From positions 3,068 through 67,067 of the forward strand of contig JAFCFN010000003.1 of assembly GCA_017608625.1 (NCBI GenBank): 64,000 nt of DNA. Reading direction: 5' to 3'. This document shows positions 38,477 to 47,851 of the stretch, one piece after another. A program made the position numbers and the translations under genes. Numbering within the stretch: the first letter of the stretch is position 1; each line of letters begins with the position of its first letter. Origin of the DNA: Candidatus Woesearchaeota archaeon (GTDB lineage: Archaea; Nanobdellota; Nanobdellia; Woesearchaeales; JAFCFN01). A model generated the notes under the pieces. The model saw only the letters and a list, made by a program, of their open reading frames with translations. It had not been told where the DNA came from and did not search any database.

Positions 38477-39817
38477 CTAAACCAACTTTAATCTTTCTCC
38501 ATTATGAAGCAAATGTACTGTTTTGCCTTTTTTATACCCCAATTCAACAGCAAGGTCAATTAAACCCTGTTTTTTCTCATCATCAGCATGAGCAGGAATT
38601 ATGTGTTCTGGTTTTATCATTTCTAATAAATCTCTATCATCTTCCCTAGCAGCATGGCCAGAAACATGAACATCAGTAAATATCCTAACTCCTAACTTCT
38701 TCAAACTTTTTTCTAAATGTTCTCTATTCTGAATATTTAGTTTTGTTGGAATTACCCTGCAAGAAAATACAACAATATCTCCTGGATAAAGATTGAATGG
38801 CAATTCTTTACTAGCTATTCCTGATAAAACAGCCTTTGGCTCTCCTTGATGACCTGTTACAATTAGTAGATACTTTTCTCTTCCACGTTTTTCTATCTTC
38901 TTTAGCTTTTTCTTGATCTGATTCCTGTACTTTACTATTTCTGCATCCTTTCTTAGATTAATAATTCCTATTTCTTCTCCAGCCCCAATATACTTGGCAA
39001 GACTCCTACCAAGAAATACAATTTTCCTTTTTAGCTGTTTTCCGCACTTTACTATACTTCTTAACCTTGCCAAGTGACTAGAAAATGTAGTTACTATAAT
39101 TAACTTACCTTTGGTTTCAGTACCTAATAAAACATCTCTTAGCATATCTTTTGCAACTAATTCAGAAGGAGTTTTCATCGCATCTTTACTGTATATTGAA
39201 TCAGAAATCAAAACCTTAACATTCTTCAACTCCTTTAGTCTCTCAAAATTAGGTTTTTTTCCTAAAGTTGGATTATTGTCAAATTTAAAGTCATTAGCAT
39301 AAAGAATTATTCCTTCTTTAGTGTGTACTGCTATCATCACTGTTTGAGGTGTGGAGTGTGTAATATTAATAAACTCAATTTTAATATTATCAGAAATTCT
39401 GTAAATGGAGTTTGTATTTAAAATCTTAATCTTATTTCTTAGATTTATTTTTTCATCCTTTAAAATAGACCTTAAAACAGCACCTGTATAAGGAGTACAA
39501 AGAATTTCAGCTTTTTTGAATCTATGCGCCAAAAAAGGTATTGCTCCTATGTGATCAAGATGAGCATGTGTGGTGATTATTGCCTTAACATCACCTTTTA
39601 GTTCTTTAATAACAGATACATCAGGCGCTGCTCCCACCTCTATTAATCTTGATCCAGATATAAATCTTAACTCCTCTCTTTCTTCTTCTGTATATTTAAT
39701 ATAATTTTCAAGATGTAACCCAAGATCAAGAATTATAATTTCATTATTAATTTTTATAGCAGTGCAATTCTTTCCAACTTCATTATAGCCACCAACTGTA
39801 CAGATTTCTATTGTCAT
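38477..39817 (-). CDS. rnj: Archaeal RNase J (metallo-beta-lactamase / beta-CASP ribonuclease)
   Basis: THAHLDHIGAIP (HxHxDH) MBL motif. About 450 aa beta-CASP layout with a C-terminal His motif DVHVSGHAARED. Confidence 0.8.
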   Translation of the reverse strand: MTIEICTVGGYNEVGKNCTAIKINNEIIILDLGLHLENYIKYTEEEREELRFISGSRLIEVGAAPDVSVIKELKGDVKAIITTHAHLDHIGAIPFLAHRFKKAEILCTPYTGAVLRSILKDEKINLRNKIKILNTNSIYRISDNIKIEFINITHSTPQTVMIAVHTKEGIILYANDFKFDNNPTLGKKPNFERLKELKNVKVLISDSIYSKDAMKTPSELVAKDMLRDVLLGTETKGKLIIVTTFSSHLARLRSIVKCGKQLKRKIVFLGRSLAKYIGAGEEIGIINLRKDAEIVKYRNQIKKKLKKIEKRGREKYLLIVTGHQGEPKAVLSGIASKELPFNLYPGDIVVFSCRVIPTKLNIQNREHLEKSLKKLGVRIFTDVHVSGHAAREDDRDLLEMIKPEHIIPAHADDEKKQGLIDLAVELGYKKGKTVHLLHNGERLKLV

Positions 39818-39825
39818 TTTATTGA

Positions 39826-39946
39826 TGCGGGGAGGAGGATTCGAACCCCCGTAGGCACTAAGCCAACAGGTCTCTTAGTAAAACACTTGAGCCTGTCCCG
39901 TTTGGCCAGTCCAGCTTGCTTGTAAACAAGTCTCCGGCATCCCCGC
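39826..39946 (-). tRNA. tRNA-Leu(CAA) with two introns (canonical 37/38 and D-loop)
   Basis: Minus strand reads GCGGGGA TG CCGG...ACAGG CTCAAG[intron]..CCTGT..GGCTTAGTGCC (long variable arm) GGGGGTTCGAATCCTCC TCCCCGC A. The 121-nt gene is longer than a mature ~87-nt tRNA-Leu, the difference being the introns. Confidence 0.7.
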
Positions 39947-39982
39947 AAACATAAATAAGAAAGAAACAGTTAGTATAAAAAC

Positions 39983-40381
39983 TTATCCCAATCTAGCTAG
40001 TTTTTCTTCAATCTCAGCCAATTCCTGCTCTAATTTCTCCAACTCGCTTGGCTTAACTTCTTTTTTAACCTCAATTTTAGGAGCAATCTTTTTCTCAATC
40101 TTCTTTGCCTTAGCTTTAGCTTTTTTACTTTTTTTTGGTAGAACTTCTTTTAATTTAGTCTTGGGTAGGGCACTCTTTAATTTATTTATTAATTTATTAA
40201 TTTCTTTTATATCCTCTTTAAACCTAAGAATCTCAGCAGCTTTTTGCTCTCTAATAACCTTGAATTTCTCATATCTCTGCAAACCTTCTACAATGCTTTT
40301 GCTGCTTTCTAATAGAGCTTTCCTTACAGAAGAAGGATCCCTAACACCAACATAAAAAACATCTCCTTCTTTATTAGCCAT
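39983..40381 (-). CDS. Small coiled-coil protein, member of a tandem paralog triplet
   Basis: N-terminal beta-strand (VFYVGVRD) then long helices; K-rich linker. Architecture shared with the 40384 and 40619 ORFs. Confidence 0.4.
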   Translation of the reverse strand: MANKEGDVFYVGVRDPSSVRKALLESSKSIVEGLQRYEKFKVIREQKAAEILRFKEDIKEINKLINKLKSALPKTKLKEVLPKKSKKAKAKAKKIEKKIAPKIEVKKEVKPSELEKLEQELAEIEEKLARLG

Positions 40382-40383
40382 TT

Positions 40384-40644
40384 TTAAACAGCCTCTGGCT
40401 CAAATAAAACATGATCGATATAATCAATCTTTTTCTCCACATCACCTATCTCCGCTTTCCATTCAGCAAGTTCAGAATCCTCTTTTTCCTTTAATTCTTC
40501 AATTTTGGCTAGTGTTTTCTTGGCTTCCTCAATTTTTGTCTTTAACATTCCCACTATATCTAAAACATCCTTATAATCCTCAATTCTTACAAAAATAGGC
40601 ATTCCCTCCTTATCCATCTTAACCTCCAAATAAAGTTTTGTCAA
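40384..40644 (-). CDS. Small coiled-coil protein, paralog
   Basis: IFVRIEDYKDVLDIV...ELKEKEDSELAEWKAEI...KKIDYIDHVLF aligns with IYVKADKYKLMLGEI...ELKLVKDKEFEKWRESL...RKLIFIDKTLF of the next ORF. Confidence 0.4.
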   Translation of the reverse strand: MTKLYLEVKMDKEGMPIFVRIEDYKDVLDIVGMLKTKIEEAKKTLAKIEELKEKEDSELAEWKAEIGDVEKKIDYIDHVLFEPEAV

Positions 40645-41077
40645 TAAATATAAGTTTTCGTTGAATATCTTCTAAACTTTCCCTCCATTTTTCAAATTCT
40701 TTATCCTTAACAAGCTTTAATTCAGCCAATCTTTCTATTCCTTCTTCAGCAGCTGTTAGTTTACTTTTGCTCAATCTTATCTCCCCCAACATAAGTTTAT
40801 ATTTATCAGCTTTAACATAAATTGCTTTTTTGGGTAAAATTTTTAGTTCTTTTTCAGCTTCCTTTACTCCAGCAACAATCTCTTTGACAGGGGAAGCCTT
40901 AGAAGCTGGCTCAACCACTTTCTCAGCTTTAGGAACTATGCTTTCAGGAGGACTTGGTATTTCTAACTCTTCCTCTTCCCCCAATAATTCAGAAGGCATT
41001 GGTGGAAATTCAAGTTCAGAATATGGTTTCAATACCTTCTTCTCTTTAGTTTTGCGCAAAAATCCTAAAAACCCCAC
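40619..41077 (-). CDS. Small coiled-coil protein, paralog with an acidic/Pro-rich N-terminal extension
   Basis: See the alignment above. The N-terminal ~80 aa are low-complexity (E/P/K rich). Confidence 0.4.
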   Translation of the reverse strand: MGFLGFLRKTKEKKVLKPYSELEFPPMPSELLGEEEELEIPSPPESIVPKAEKVVEPASKASPVKEIVAGVKEAEKELKILPKKAIYVKADKYKLMLGEIRLSKSKLTAAEEGIERLAELKLVKDKEFEKWRESLEDIQRKLIFIDKTLFGG

Positions 41078-41186
41078 AGTTACACCTCTTTAATGACTAT
41101 AAAAACCCAACACCTATTAAAAACTTTTCTTACTATTACAATATAACAACAAACTTATATAAACATCAAACATTCTCTATATAAAA

Positions 41187-42194
41187 ATGTATGAAGCCCT
41201 TTATTATAAGAAACTGCCAAACAAAAAACTACAATGCCTTCTCTGTCCAAAACGCTGCATTATAGATGTTAACAAAAAAGGGAATTGCAGAGCAAGGAAA
41301 AATATTAATGGCAAACTTGTTTCTTTGGTTTATGCAAAACCTTGTTCTATAGCAATAGATCCTATTGAAAAAAAGTCTTTGTTTCATTTCTTGCCTGGCT
41401 CAGAAGCCTACTCTATAGGAACAGCAGGTTGCAACTTGCATTGTCAGTGGTGCCAAAACTGGGAAATCTCTCAAGCAAATCCAGAAGATATTCCTTACAG
41501 AGAGTTAGAACCAGAACAATTAGTTCAAAATGCTTTGGAAAATAATTGTAAAAGCATTGCTTATACTTATACAGAACCAACCATTTTCTATGAATATGTG
41601 TTAGATACAGCAAAACTAGCAAGAAAAGCTGGAATAAAAAATGTCATGGTAACTTCTTCTTTCATTAATCAAGAACCTCTCAAAAAATTATACAAATATA
41701 TTGATGGAGCAAATATAGACTTCAAAAGTTTTGATGACAACTTTTATAGAAAATACTGCTTTGCTTGGCTAGAACCAATTTTAGAAGCAATAAAAACAAT
41801 TCACAAATTAGGAGTTTGGGTAGAACTAACAAATTTAATAATTCCAACTTTGAATGATGATTTGAAAAAAATAAAAGAAATGTGCGAATGGATAAAAGAA
41901 AATACTGGAGTAGATGTTCCACTGCATTTTACAGCTTTTTACCCTTATTATAAAATGCTCAATTTGCCAAGAACATCTCCAGAAATACTTCTAAAAGCAA
42001 GAGAAACTGCACTAAAAATTGGATTAAACCATGTTTATGTTGGAAATGTTCCTACAGAAAAAGCTGAAAATACTTATTGCCCTAAATGCAATGAACTTTT
42101 AATAGAAAGAGCTGGTTTTGGTATAATAAAAAACAACCTCAAGAATGGAAAATGTCCAAACTGTTCTGCAAATATTGCTGGAGTTTGGGATTAA
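41187..42194 (+). CDS. AmmeMemoRadiSam-system radical SAM enzyme (PFL-activase-like)
   Basis: N-terminal LQCLLCPKRCIIDVNKKGNCRARKN Cys cluster, then radical-SAM CNLHCQWCQN (CxxxCxxC). Confidence 0.7.
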   Translation: MYEALYYKKLPNKKLQCLLCPKRCIIDVNKKGNCRARKNINGKLVSLVYAKPCSIAIDPIEKKSLFHFLPGSEAYSIGTAGCNLHCQWCQNWEISQANPEDIPYRELEPEQLVQNALENNCKSIAYTYTEPTIFYEYVLDTAKLARKAGIKNVMVTSSFINQEPLKKLYKYIDGANIDFKSFDDNFYRKYCFAWLEPILEAIKTIHKLGVWVELTNLIIPTLNDDLKKIKEMCEWIKENTGVDVPLHFTAFYPYYKMLNLPRTSPEILLKARETALKIGLNHVYVGNVPTEKAENTYCPKCNELLIERAGFGIIKNNLKNGKCPNCSANIAGVWD

Positions 42195-44332
42195 TTTTTT
42201 TATTTTTTCTACCAACAGTTTTGGCAGATATAACAAACCTTACAATAAATGAAGTAATGTACAATCCTAAAGGTTCTGATACAGATGCAGAATGGATCGA
42301 AATTTATAATCCTAATAATGAACTAATTAATTTTCTTGATGATGCATTATTTATTGCTGATGATAGATATGAACAGCAAATTCAGGACTATTCTGGTTGG
42401 ATTACAGAAACAAATGCTACTTACTTTATAATTACTTCTTGCTACTCTTCTTTTTATGACACATTAAATAATACAGACATTATATTTAATCCAATGGACT
42501 GGCTTCATCTTGATGATGAAGGTAATCCAAGATGCGATAGGATTGGAAACAATCTGAAAAACACAGAAGACTATATTGAACTTTGGTATTGTGGCAATAA
42601 AGAGGAGGAATGTGATTTGTTGGATTTTTTATGGTATAATTCATCAGCCGTTTACTATAATAATACTTATTATTCTATTGAAGGAAATACAAATGGTAAA
42701 TCATTACAACTTATAAACAATAGTTGGATAGCAGCAGACCCTACTCCTGGTCAGGCCAATGAGCTGGTTGAAGAGCAAACTCCTCAAAAAGAAATAAAAC
42801 TCATTACCAATATAGATGTGTTTTTGTTTAATCATTTAAATTACACGAAACTCTTCAAGATACAAATTAAAAACAAGGATAATTGTTCAGAAAAAGAGAA
42901 TATTTCGATCAATTATAGTGTATATGACAATATAAATGATGAGTATATAAAAGAAGATAATTTTACAGTAGAGGTTGGATGCACAAAAACATCAGGTACA
43001 GGACATATTTATTTTGAAGATCCAGGAAATTATACTCTCTGCGGTTATCTAATCAATAATACAAACATATCTGATTGTTTAGATGTTGAGGTAGTGAATA
43101 CAAGCACAATAAAATGCAATCTTTCTTTAGAAATTAATAATACAAAAGAAATCTATGAATACCCAGAAAAGATTATATTTCGGCCAATTCTCTCTAACAA
43201 AACATTTCCTTATAAAATAGAGTATTGGTTTGAAGATTTATTTGGAAATATTGTACGTAAGAAAATAACAACTTTAAATACTTATAGAAAATCATGGAAA
43301 CCAAGCTTGGATGAACCAGATAAAGTATTTCTAATAAAGTTAAATTTATCTTTTATTGCTTGTAATGACACTAATTTAACAGACAATTCTGCTGAACAAC
43401 TCATTATTGTAAAAGATCCCACTTATTCTAAAATCTCCCCAGAAAACAATTCGTATGTAAAAATACTTGAAGTAGATCTTGGCTCTGACAATAAAGCAAA
43501 ATTCGGAGAAGCAATTAAAGTCAAAATAAACATCTACAGAGGCAACACCCAAAAATACTCAACATCTTTATGGGTAGAAGGAACTAGCAAGATATCCACA
43601 GAAACACTAAAAATACATACTCTAACAAAATTCACGAACTACACATTTACAATTCCTGTTCAGCTAAAACCAAATTGTGATAAAGATTATGCTGATGGTA
43701 TTTACTATGTAAAACTAGAAGGCCTTAACTCATCAGACTCAGCAACAATAAATGTAGAAGGAATAACCTCATCACTATGTGAAGAATCCAGTTCTTCTTC
43801 ATCTTCTTCAAAATCAAAATTCTCTTTCGAAATACTTTCCATGCCAAATAAAATAGAAATAGGAAAGGAATTTACAACAAAAGTAAAAATTACATCAGAT
43901 GATGAAGAACATATAATAGACATTTGGAGCTATGTTTACAAAGGTAATAAATGTTATTCAGGAGAAAGAGAAGAAAATCTCCAAAGCATAACTCTTCCAG
44001 CAGACTCTTCTGTTATAGTAGAACTTAAGAATACTGTAAAGGATGCAGAACCAGGTTCTTATAAATTTAAAGTAAAGCTTAGAAAAGACAATCAAAAAAC
44101 ACCAAAAGAACTCACAAAAACCATTACTCTAACAGCCCCAGAAATAATAACAACAGTTTCCGAAACAAATATAAACCAAAAAGACTCTTGTTCGGATAGT
44201 ATAACAATTTTTAACTGCTCTGAGGGGATTTTAGTTTACGAATCTTCCTCAGAAAAAACAAAAAAATTAACATATTGGTTAATTTTACTGGCATTATTTT
44301 TGCTTAATGCTTTTTTGATATGGAAAAAATAA
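42152..44332 (+). CDS. Large secreted surface protein with a lamin-tail-like domain (LTD), a poly-Ser linker and a C-terminal TM anchor
   Basis: Signal peptide. LTINEVMYNPKGSDTDAEWIEIYNPNN matches the LTD signature. SSSSSSSSKSK tract. C-terminal LTYWLILLALFLLNAFLIWKK. Confidence 0.55.
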   Translation: MSKLFCKYCWSLGLIFLFFLPTVLADITNLTINEVMYNPKGSDTDAEWIEIYNPNNELINFLDDALFIADDRYEQQIQDYSGWITETNATYFIITSCYSSFYDTLNNTDIIFNPMDWLHLDDEGNPRCDRIGNNLKNTEDYIELWYCGNKEEECDLLDFLWYNSSAVYYNNTYYSIEGNTNGKSLQLINNSWIAADPTPGQANELVEEQTPQKEIKLITNIDVFLFNHLNYTKLFKIQIKNKDNCSEKENISINYSVYDNINDEYIKEDNFTVEVGCTKTSGTGHIYFEDPGNYTLCGYLINNTNISDCLDVEVVNTSTIKCNLSLEINNTKEIYEYPEKIIFRPILSNKTFPYKIEYWFEDLFGNIVRKKITTLNTYRKSWKPSLDEPDKVFLIKLNLSFIACNDTNLTDNSAEQLIIVKDPTYSKISPENNSYVKILEVDLGSDNKAKFGEAIKVKINIYRGNTQKYSTSLWVEGTSKISTETLKIHTLTKFTNYTFTIPVQLKPNCDKDYADGIYYVKLEGLNSSDSATINVEGITSSLCEESSSSSSSSKSKFSFEILSMPNKIEIGKEFTTKVKITSDDEEHIIDIWSYVYKGNKCYSGEREENLQSITLPADSSVIVELKNTVKDAEPGSYKFKVKLRKDNQKTPKELTKTITLTAPEIITTVSETNINQKDSCSDSITIFNCSEGILVYESSSEKTKKLTYWLILLALFLLNAFLIWKK

Positions 44333-44336
44333 AGAA

Positions 44337-44996
44337 TCATTTAACCATCGTAATAATATAATTATCATAAACATTAGGATTATTAATTTTAACAGTTTTA
44401 TAATGCCGAAGATCATTAGGGATGTAAAGCGAAGTAAGAATTTTTACTGCCAATCCCCTTAACAAATGAGGAACACTTGTTGGACCTTGGGTACTTAATA
44501 TAAAATGAGACCCAGGTTTTAGAATTCTCCCTACTTCCCGAAAAGCTTTATCTTTTCCTAGCATGTAACCGCTGATATAAAATGCGGTTACCATTTCAAT
44601 AGAATTATCAGGAAAATCTTCAAGATTACGAGCGTCTCTTGGAAGAAAATATAAATTTCTATTATGCCTCAATTCATCACTCAATTTATTTATTAGTGTA
44701 AAATTAAATCCTAAGCGTCTCCAATATTTCAAACCTTCATATAATTTATCTTTGTTACTTTCTATGCCAATTACATTATATCCCAAGGAATTAAGTAAAA
44801 TAGCACCATAACCATAACCTGTTCCAATATCAACAATAGTTGAATTATTAATTGGCAATTGAATCTCACCAAGTATGTTGATAATAGAAGTTACTCTTGC
44901 TTTCGGATTAATTTGTTGAGTATCATTACTAAATGTTTTGAATTTAACAGGAGTTGATTCTACTAATTTTAGAATCTTTTCAAGTTTATCATTCAT
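44337..44996 (-). CDS. Class I SAM-dependent methyltransferase
   Basis: VDIGTGYGYGAILL (motif I), NVIGIE (post I), LKPGSHFIL (motif III region). Confidence 0.7.
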   Translation of the reverse strand: MNDKLEKILKLVESTPVKFKTFSNDTQQINPKARVTSIINILGEIQLPINNSTIVDIGTGYGYGAILLNSLGYNVIGIESNKDKLYEGLKYWRRLGFNFTLINKLSDELRHNRNLYFLPRDARNLEDFPDNSIEMVTAFYISGYMLGKDKAFREVGRILKPGSHFILSTQGPTSVPHLLRGLAVKILTSLYIPNDLRHYKTVKINNPNVYDNYIITMVK

Positions 44997-45315
44997 GACT
45001 ATAAAAGTTATTCAAAATTTTATAAATCTTTCTCTTTTTACCACTTTTCAGTAAACGCTCTGTTACATTATTAGACTTTGCTTCCAAAAATTAAGCTACA
45101 ATTTAGAAATGAAACTTTGTGAAGAACGGATTAATTCTGATTTTCCAAAATATTATGGTGCTTATTTAGTTCATTTATCAGATACAACTGAAAGATTTCT
45201 GCTGTTACTTCTATGAGAACTCTGAAAAATAAAATCTTTTTGAAAAACCTCTTTATTGTAAATATCTTATTTTTAACCAAAAATATATAAACTTCCATCT
45301 TTTCTAATTGCTAGG

Positions 45316-45936
45316 ATGAAAGACTCAGAAATCAAAGAAAAGCTGGAAAAAGGAGCAATTCTCTCAAGAATTATAGTAGAAATAGCAGGCTCTCCTAAGG
45401 AACATATTGCAAAAACAATCGACTTGGTTGTAGAAAGTATGAAACAAGTGAAAAATGTTGATGTTATCTCTGCAGAAAAATTCCCTCCAAAAGAGCAAGG
45501 AATTCCTGGGCAAAAAATAACAAAAGCCAAAATATTCTCAGCTTTTACAGAAATAGAGTTATTAGCAAAAGACTTCCCAACATTAATAGGGATATGTTTT
45601 GAATTTATGCCTTCATCTATCGAAATAATAGAACCAGAAAATATGCAATTTACCTCTCACACACTTGCTGGATTTTTAAATGACTTATTAGCAAGGCTTC
45701 ATCAGATGGATATGATATTAAAAAACAGAACAGCAGAAAACACAATTTTAAAGAAAAATGCATCAGCTTTACTTCAAAATATATTTAAACTATCACTAAA
45801 AGAAAAAGATAAAAAAATAGAAGAAATAAGCAAAGATGTTGGAATTCCTACAGAGCAACTCAAACCTTTTTTAGATGCCTTAATCAAGCAAGGAAAAGTA
45901 AAAAAAGTAAGAAACAAATACTCTTATATAAAATGA
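45316..45936 (+). CDS. Hypothetical protein with a C-terminal winged-helix-like region; overlaps scpB start, so possibly a divergent kleisin partner
   Basis: ORF; 4-nt overlap with the downstream ScpB gene. No ScpA signature could be confirmed. Confidence 0.35.
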   Translation: MKDSEIKEKLEKGAILSRIIVEIAGSPKEHIAKTIDLVVESMKQVKNVDVISAEKFPPKEQGIPGQKITKAKIFSAFTEIELLAKDFPTLIGICFEFMPSSIEIIEPENMQFTSHTLAGFLNDLLARLHQMDMILKNRTAENTILKKNASALLQNIFKLSLKEKDKKIEEISKDVGIPTEQLKPFLDALIKQGKVKKVRNKYSYIK

Positions 45937-46601
45937 AAAAGGAGATTGAGGCTTTATTATTTTCAGCAGCAAGAAAACTCAGCTTAGAAGAACTCTCAAG
46001 ATTAACAGGAATTAAAGATTTGAATGCAATAAAAGAAGCTCTAGAACAATTAAAAAAAGAATATCAAGAAAAAGACACTGCTTTAAAATTAATTGAGGAA
46101 CCAGACGGCTATAAGCTGAATGTTAAAGAAGAACATCTCCCTTTGGTACAAAAAATAGTCACTCAAACAGAACTTAGTAAAACACTAATGGAAACACTAG
46201 CAGTAATTGCTTGGAAATATCCTTGCCTACAATCAGAAATCATAAAAATAAGAACAAACAAGGCTTATGATCATCTCAAAGAGCTTGAAGAAATGGGTTT
46301 TATATCAAGAGAACCATTTGGAAGAACAAAAAAGATAAAGCTAACAGAACATTTTTTTGAATACTTTGATCTGCCAACAGAAAAAGCAAAAGAGGCATTC
46401 AAAGCCCAAATGTCAGAGGAGATAAGAGAAAAAATAAATAGAATAGAGGCACAAATAGAAAAAAGAGAAACTCGAATAGAACAAGCCCACCAAGCTGTAA
46501 AAGAACAAGAAGAAAAACTAAAACAAAACAAAGAAAAACATGATACTCAAACTGAGATGCCCGAAATGCAAGAATCTCCAGCTTTACCAGAGCAGAAGTA
46601 G
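45933..46601 (+). CDS. scpB: Segregation and condensation protein B (ScpB)-like, with a coiled-coil C-terminal tail
   Basis: EALLFSAARKLSLEELSRLTG...YKLNVK plus a second wH (LAVIAWKYPCLQSEI...LEEMGFISRE) matches the ScpB tandem winged-helix pattern. Confidence 0.6.
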   Translation: MKKEIEALLFSAARKLSLEELSRLTGIKDLNAIKEALEQLKKEYQEKDTALKLIEEPDGYKLNVKEEHLPLVQKIVTQTELSKTLMETLAVIAWKYPCLQSEIIKIRTNKAYDHLKELEEMGFISREPFGRTKKIKLTEHFFEYFDLPTEKAKEAFKAQMSEEIREKINRIEAQIEKRETRIEQAHQAVKEQEEKLKQNKEKHDTQTEMPEMQESPALPEQK

Positions 46602-46686
46602 GACTTTAGAGAAGAAGAGTAAAAGATGCGTTTATTGCGGATATAATATGAAAGTTACCGAGTGCATAGTCAAAAAAATTGATTAA

Positions 46687-47763
46687 TTACACTGGTTTAC
46701 TTTTTATATCATATCTTTTCCATTTTATTCGAGGCACACCTTCTTTCAAACACTGTATTCTTTCCCCCACACTACATATCGAAACATACAACAAATATTT
46801 ATTCCTTACATTCCTTTCAATTAAGTCATACCAAGGAAATTTCTTTTGTACCTTTGTTAATCCCCCATCATTATACAAGATTAATAATTCATCAAGCTCA
46901 CCTGTTGGAGCATCTTTAACAGGTACTGTGACTATTGTTTTCACAATAGTCCCCCAATCAGGTCCCTTAGCTATTTTTTTATTTGCCACAACCTTTCTTG
47001 TACTTGAAACTTGTTCTTCCATTCTCTTTTTTCTTTTTAAATCTTTTATATAATCAGCCTTGTATAGCTTCAGGTAATTTTCTTCATCTTTTTTTACTCT
47101 GTCAGCTCTGACATAAAAAATAAAATTTTCTTTGGTTTTGGAACCTGGATTTTTAGGAATTTCAAGTTCTTTAAATGGTTCTTCATCTTTTAGTGGACCT
47201 TCAACCTTATAATTTATAGTTTGTTCAAGACCTCCCTGAAGAATCCCTGCAACAATTATATCAAAATCTTCCTTTAATTTTTCAACACCTATATAAAAGA
47301 TATCGCCTTTTTTAGCAATACCAGTTATGGTTCTTCCCCTTAGCAAATGAAAAATTATTCCTTCAAGATACCTTTCCATATTAGCTACAGCCTCTTTGTA
47401 AGGAGGTCTTTTAGTTGTTTTATATTCAGATCTCACATAGAAAGTTACAGGGCAATTAGGCAAGGATATCTCTTTTTTGTCAATTCCAACTGGTGGATTA
47501 TATCTGTCATAACCTGTGCTTTTTTTAAGAGTTTCTTCTAGTTTTGACATCGCCTCTTTTAATTCAGAAATATTATTTTCAGCTCTTTCAGAGTATTCTA
47601 CTCCCTTTGCTCTATCTCCATCATAATCGGGACCAACCTTTTTAATGATTGTCATTTTTTGCCTTATTAATTTAAGTTTATTTTTATCCTTAATAAGCAT
47701 TTCCATTACAATCTTCAAACCCCAAAATTTTGCCACTACAGGCCTTCTAAAACCAAAATTCAA
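46687..47763 (-). CDS. Hypothetical protein (358 aa), divergent from gyrA
   Basis: ORF only. No recognisable motif. Confidence 0.35.
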   Translation of the reverse strand: MNFGFRRPVVAKFWGLKIVMEMLIKDKNKLKLIRQKMTIIKKVGPDYDGDRAKGVEYSERAENNISELKEAMSKLEETLKKSTGYDRYNPPVGIDKKEISLPNCPVTFYVRSEYKTTKRPPYKEAVANMERYLEGIIFHLLRGRTITGIAKKGDIFYIGVEKLKEDFDIIVAGILQGGLEQTINYKVEGPLKDEEPFKELEIPKNPGSKTKENFIFYVRADRVKKDEENYLKLYKADYIKDLKRKKRMEEQVSSTRKVVANKKIAKGPDWGTIVKTIVTVPVKDAPTGELDELLILYNDGGLTKVQKKFPWYDLIERNVRNKYLLYVSICSVGERIQCLKEGVPRIKWKRYDIKSKPV

Positions 47764-47851
47764 TAGAAAGCTTTATAAAGAATCACACCTTCCTTTTTAC
47801 TGAGTTAAACAAATTCTAACTCATTTTCAAGCAATAAAATTAGTCAAAAAA

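Noticed and set aside
45110-45217. 35-aa mini-ORF (MKLCEERINSDFPKYYGAYLVHLSDTTERFLLLLL) in the methyltransferase/45316 intergenic region
   Set aside because: It is too short, has no SD and ends in a poly-Leu run typical of chance ORFs in AT-rich DNA.
45316-45936. Calling this ORF ScpA (kleisin) because it overlaps scpB
   Set aside because: No ScpA N- or C-terminal signatures could be recognised by eye, so it is kept as hypothetical.
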